63,886 nt of DNA from Gnetum montanum (lineage: Eukaryota; Plantae; Gnetophyta), in NCBI GenBank assembly GCA_015680685.1, contig MNCI01001288.1, forward strand, positions 62,115 to 126,000, in the 5' to 3' direction. Made by a program: the position numbers and the translations under genes. This document shows positions 59,201 to 63,886 of this stretch, piece by piece (positions within the stretch are counted from its first letter, which is position 1; each line of letters opens with the position of its first letter). The notes under the pieces are model-generated. The model saw nothing but the letters and a program-made list of their open reading frames with translations. It was not told the origin of the DNA and ran no database searches.

Positions 59201-60181
59201 CTAACTTATTTATACTTCATCATACCTCCAAAACTAACTAAAAACTCATCTTTCGAGTGAACAATAATGAGACTAAGTTATTTACAAGATTGGTAAAGTA
59301 TGAAACTAATGAATTAATTAATTGACTATTAAAGACATGAGAGCTACATTACAACAAAATTATTTGAGGGATTACAATTAGATTTAACAACATTGGATGC
59401 TTTACAAAAATTTGAATAAAAATTGGACTAGATGTTATGTACAAAATGATCCAAGGTAGATGCTTCAGGTAGTACTAGGAGGTGGTTGTTTTTGTGGCTT
59501 TCATGATTGCTTCTCTTACCTTGGTTCTACTAGTAGTCTCAACTACTCCACTATTGCTACTACTACTTTTGATAATTGAAAGAAATCCAACAATGCCTTC
59601 ATCTTTTTTTTCTTGCTCATGGGATTATTTATGGTCCAGGAAGCATCGCCTAGATTTGATGGTGTAGGTACATGATGAGTGTTTAGAGAATTCCAATACT
59701 CAACCATACAAGTTATAAGTGTTCATATGTGACAAGATCCTAATCCATGAATGGACAATGCAAGTATATCAATGTGTTGATAGTAACTTTGTGATCATTA
59801 TCTTCCCACTTTGAGTTAGCAAGGTATAAAATATATGGTTTAATTCTTAGTGAGGTGTATGATAAAATGATGTTGGTCAGCTTTAAGTATGCTAAATGTA
59901 GACATAGTGAAAATGAATGGGATTTCTATCTCTAAGTATAATGAAAACATAAAGCTATTCTTGGCTATGGTGATAACTATCCATTCCTAGTTTTCTGTAT
60001 ATGTCCTTGGCAAACATAATTGTTACTGGGATTACCAAGTAACTTTACTACTAAGTGAATTAAGTAAAGTCACTACTAGGATACCAAATAATATACATTA
60101 GGCTCAAAACTAGGCTTACTTGTTCTACTTTACTAATGAACATTGGAATAATTAATGACTTGGAAAATGTAAATGACTTGG
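53201..60181 (-). mobile_element. Older related LTR (53201-59223, split by the 53584-58772 insertion) plus its 3' internal region
   Basis: Degenerate family LTR motifs on both sides of the ATTAT TSD; ends CATCA followed by TACCTCC (PPT side). Confidence 0.6.
53584..58772 (-). mobile_element. LTR retroelement with no gag or pol, only a spliced Athila env-like/Transposase_32-like coiled-coil ORF
   Basis: LTRs 53584-54446 and 57871-58772, perfect TSD ATTAT, PBS-like TGGCACAGT at ~57861-57869, leader intron 57530-57836, decayed ORF from ATG 57529 to ~54774. Confidence 0.85.
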
Positions 60182-63100
60182 TGATGAGTGGCGAGGTACC
60201 CCTACACTCAACCATACGAATACAAGCGTTACACTTGCGATCTAGTCGAACTCCGCAGACTAAGTGCCTACATGCCTTATGGAACACTTAAGGTTAATCA
60301 TTCGTTGTCTTCCCAGACTTACTTGTATTTGTCACGGTTGTATGGTTAAGTAAGTCTGAGGTATGTGATTTTTATATCTTTTATGTTTTATCACCTATGC
60401 TAAGAGGGAAAGGGTGAAGAGACTAAGTAACTAACTTTAACTAACTAAGTTCTAATGCTTAGCATCAGTATCTATTCCCACTTGCCATTCATACCCTAAG
60501 TTGATGCAACCTTCTGGGATTACCAAACGCTATTCGTTGCTGGGATTACCAAGTGTAATGCACATGCTCGAAGCGGTCGTACTAAATGCACTTAACTAGG
60601 AGTGTTGAGGATTGAGAGAGATTAATTAACTAATAAAGAATTTAAAAAATTAATAATAATTAAAGTCCTAATTAGCTTAGTCCATGCACTGCAAGGTTTA
60701 TCCAAAAAGTTCGTCTTTATTTCCGTACACAAACTTGTGCTCAGGTACAATATTTGCTCGAATAAAGATCCATTCACTTTGGGACTCCTATTGCGGGCAC
60801 ATGGAAATTACTCTAACTCTGGAATGGAAAAACTGCAAGAGTTTGGCTAAGGTCTAGATCTAGATGGAGAAACAAGGAAGAGCTACCTCTTATTTATAGA
60901 TTTGGAGGCGTGCTGCGATATTGTGTACACGATATCGCAGGGGAAGACGCGATATCGCGGCCCATGGTATATCGCGTCCCATCATACCCCCATGATTGAA
61001 TAAAAACTTGTTCTCGAGTTCCTTATAAAATATTGGGAAGGTATGGGATTATTGACTTGAATGGAACTAATGGTGAATGGGATGACATGTGAACGAATCA
61101 TCATTATAGAACATGACAAAACTGGTGTTCACGAAAACAAGAGTAAACAATTTATACATTTGATATTAGATCTTATTTGGTAGTTGAGAGAGAAGAGAGA
61201 AGAGAGAAGAAGTCTGCTGCTACCAACGCCAAGATTGCACTTTTCGTTGTCTATCCATAAGCGTGCCATCCATCTCATTCCTTGCATAACTGCTTCAGCA
61301 TCGATCCATTCCCAGTGTTCCCTCCAGATCTCATCCGTTGTTGTATGATTGCCATCTACACACACAACATAGTCTTTATATTAGCAAGGGTAAATGAATC
61401 ACAATGTAGTTGATACCTTGCTTTGGTGAAAAGTCCATTGGCTAAGTTGTGGTATGGTTGATTGTGGATTCTAGAGATATAATATTGGTGACTACTGAAG
61501 GTGTAGGGGTTAGGAGAAAATCAAAAAAATTGGGTAAGGACCCCCATGACTAAGAGCGAACCTCTGGTAGCGATAGAATGGAGAAAGACGAGGAATAAGA
61601 AAGATGAAGAAAAAGAGATAATTGTAATGTCAGTGAAATGGATGTCAAGATGGAAATGAACAAAATAGAGTTGATTGCAAAAAATGTTAAAGAAAAGAAT
61701 TTAATTAGTGCACCAAATAGGAAGGCTAGTGGATCCTTCCCAAAGTAGGCTCATGCCCTTAATCCCCTGACAAACCCACATTCAAAGAGTCTGTAGGCTC
61801 CAGGAATGTCATTTGGAAATAAGAGTTAAAGTCTTAACCATAAGAATTTACCAAAAAGAAAATGATGCATCACCCAAAATATGGACTACGGATACAACTG
61901 ACAATGAGGTGAACAATGGAGAGAAGGATGGAGAGAAGAGAATGGAATGGAATCCCAAGAACAAGGTGGTGTACAGCCCCTTGTGTATTTCATGGTTAAT
62001 GTGACTTAGCAGATCCCATTCCAAATCCAGCCTCAACAAACCATATCTAGTGAATTTGCATTAATACATTCGGCCAACCCATCCTCTTGAAGTAACAAGA
62101 ATGTCTCCACCAAAGAGTCACCAACATTTTGACGAAGCGAAAGATGAGATAGGAAGTGAGGGAGGGCCTTAGTTAGAGGGAACATTTTTATTTTTAGTTC
62201 CATAACCAATGCTTGTAGCCCAAGGGATTATTTTGTCTAAGGGGTGTGCTTTGAATTCTCACTTCTTATTTTTTTTTTGTGTTCATACGTGAGAACCACA
62301 TCATGTAAAGACTTATTATTTTTATTGTTATTCACTCAACTTCCCAGTAATATGGCAATCGCTGGAACGGTAAGAAAATTCAAGAAGAAAACATCCAAGC
62401 ACTCAAGAGAATGGCCAACACAAATGCATCAAGTATCCTTGAAGTCACATCCTTTTCAATCCTTGAGTCCTTCCTTAGTTTGAGAAATGCCCAGTCACTG
62501 ATTCGTTATAGTTCTTATTATTTTGGAGAAAGGGACTGTACAGTTCCAAGCCATGAGAGACCATAGAAATTTGTGGATGTATGGATGAAGTGGACTCATT
62601 GCCTATCATATCAAAAGAACCATACCTTAGTATCAACATCATAATCTTAAAGGTAAAAGCCAAACATTAGCAACCAGTAGAAAATAGTTCATACTATGAT
62701 TTAATAGCACTTATTGGATGACGAACTTAACAAAATGGATAAGACACACACATACACACAAATAAAAGAAAAAGTATGAACGATGTTGTAAAAGAAAAAC
62801 AAGAAAAGTTAAAGAAATTTGTAAAACAAAAATGTGCAAAACAAAAACTTAAAAGAAAATGAGGGCCTCAATTGATTAGCATAGGTGGCCATCTCCCCCA
62901 TGACTAAGTTGAAAGGGAGAGATCCAAAATAGTGAGTGTTTGTTTGAATTTCTCAAAAGTGTCCAACTTCTCCCAATTGATGTTTTTAGGTTAAGGGTTG
63001 GAAGTTGGCGATGCTCATACTCCAATGTATCTATGCTTTTGTTGTGGGTGCAAGTTGTTCCCCCCAGTTCATTCCATGCATGTTGGTGGGCTACTCTCTT

Positions 63101-63886
63101 GATTATCTGTCAACCACTGGGTGTCCTCTTGTTGTGTGGTTGCTACATACAGGCACCTTTGTATCTGAGTTCCTTGGGGATACCAGTTGCATGCAGGAGA
63201 TGCTCAGCATTCCTCCAAGTCATCACCCTCTGAGTCACTGTATGTGATGCATGGAACTTTCTTCTTCTTGATCTTTCCATAAATGTTTTCCTTAGATATT
63301 TCCAAAGAAAGATCATGGATTCCTAGGCACGCGTTGATGGTGCTGAGCCATGCCCTTCCCATTATAATTTGGAAGTCCCCTTTATTACCAACCATACACA
63401 ATGGTAATAATGTCCTCCACTAATCCCAAGGGAATAGTGATGGACTGGTCAGGTAGCTCTAGTTGAATATTGCTTTTCTTGAGTGGAGGCAGGTTCTAGG
63501 CTTTATACATTTCTCGTGAGATTAAGTTGACTTCGGAACCTAAGTTAATAAGAGCCTTATGAGGTTCATTCTTAGCGACTTGGAGATAAATTAGGGGACA
63601 TTCAGGGTCAGAGAATTTCCTGGGAAGGTGGCCCAGCTTGATCTAGTCAGTAACGGTATGTGTTAACATAACTGTATGCGTTGAGCTCTCTTGTTGGTTT
63701 GAAGGGAGCTCCGAAGCCTTCTTTGTTGGAGGAGCGTGTACGGACCCAACCACTTGTGGTTGTGAGAGCTTGTTTGGGCTTCTAGTTTTGAAGAAAGGTC
63801 TTCTCTTCATGTAGTTATTAGAACCAACAGTGGGTTGAAGGTTTACAGCTCTCGTAGCATTACGTTGCTACAGTTGAGTGGGGAGT
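60182..63886 (-). mobile_element. Athila-like element: 3' LTR (60182-60984), long non-coding region, aspartic protease remnant; continues beyond window
   Basis: PPT-like CATGGGGGTA abuts TGATGGG; LPRKFSDPECPLI...ALINLGSEVNLIS...IQLELPDQSITIPLGLVEDI...DFQIIMGRAWL at ~63200-63635; no RT/IN between protease and LTR. Confidence 0.85.

Overview
AT-rich, transposon-dense plant nuclear DNA; the lineage cannot be fixed from the sequence alone. One host gene lies on the - strand: an At3g59300/At3g49140-family protein, probably plastid-targeted. Nine phase-consistent coding exons span 37181 down to 3226, including a 22.2 kb TE-filled second intron; the last exons appear to lie left of the window. The rest is retroelement debris: L1 and RTE LINE fragments, a Copia remnant, Tat/Ogre-like Gypsy pieces with their own intron-containing accessory genes, four solo LTRs with TSDs, and a nested family of pol-less Athila-like elements, one of which keeps only a spliced accessory ORF. 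The best candidate for an undescribed system is a GC-rich L1-type LINE family present in three copies (3566-5715 -, 27604-28969 +, 35284-35727 +). Its 3' end encodes a coiled coil, a DnaJ J-domain and a C-terminal H-x3-HP-x-C-x-C-H motif. The copies differ mostly at synonymous sites, which suggests a retrotransposon-encoded Hsp70 co-chaperone. All homology calls are from motif recognition by eye; no searches were run.
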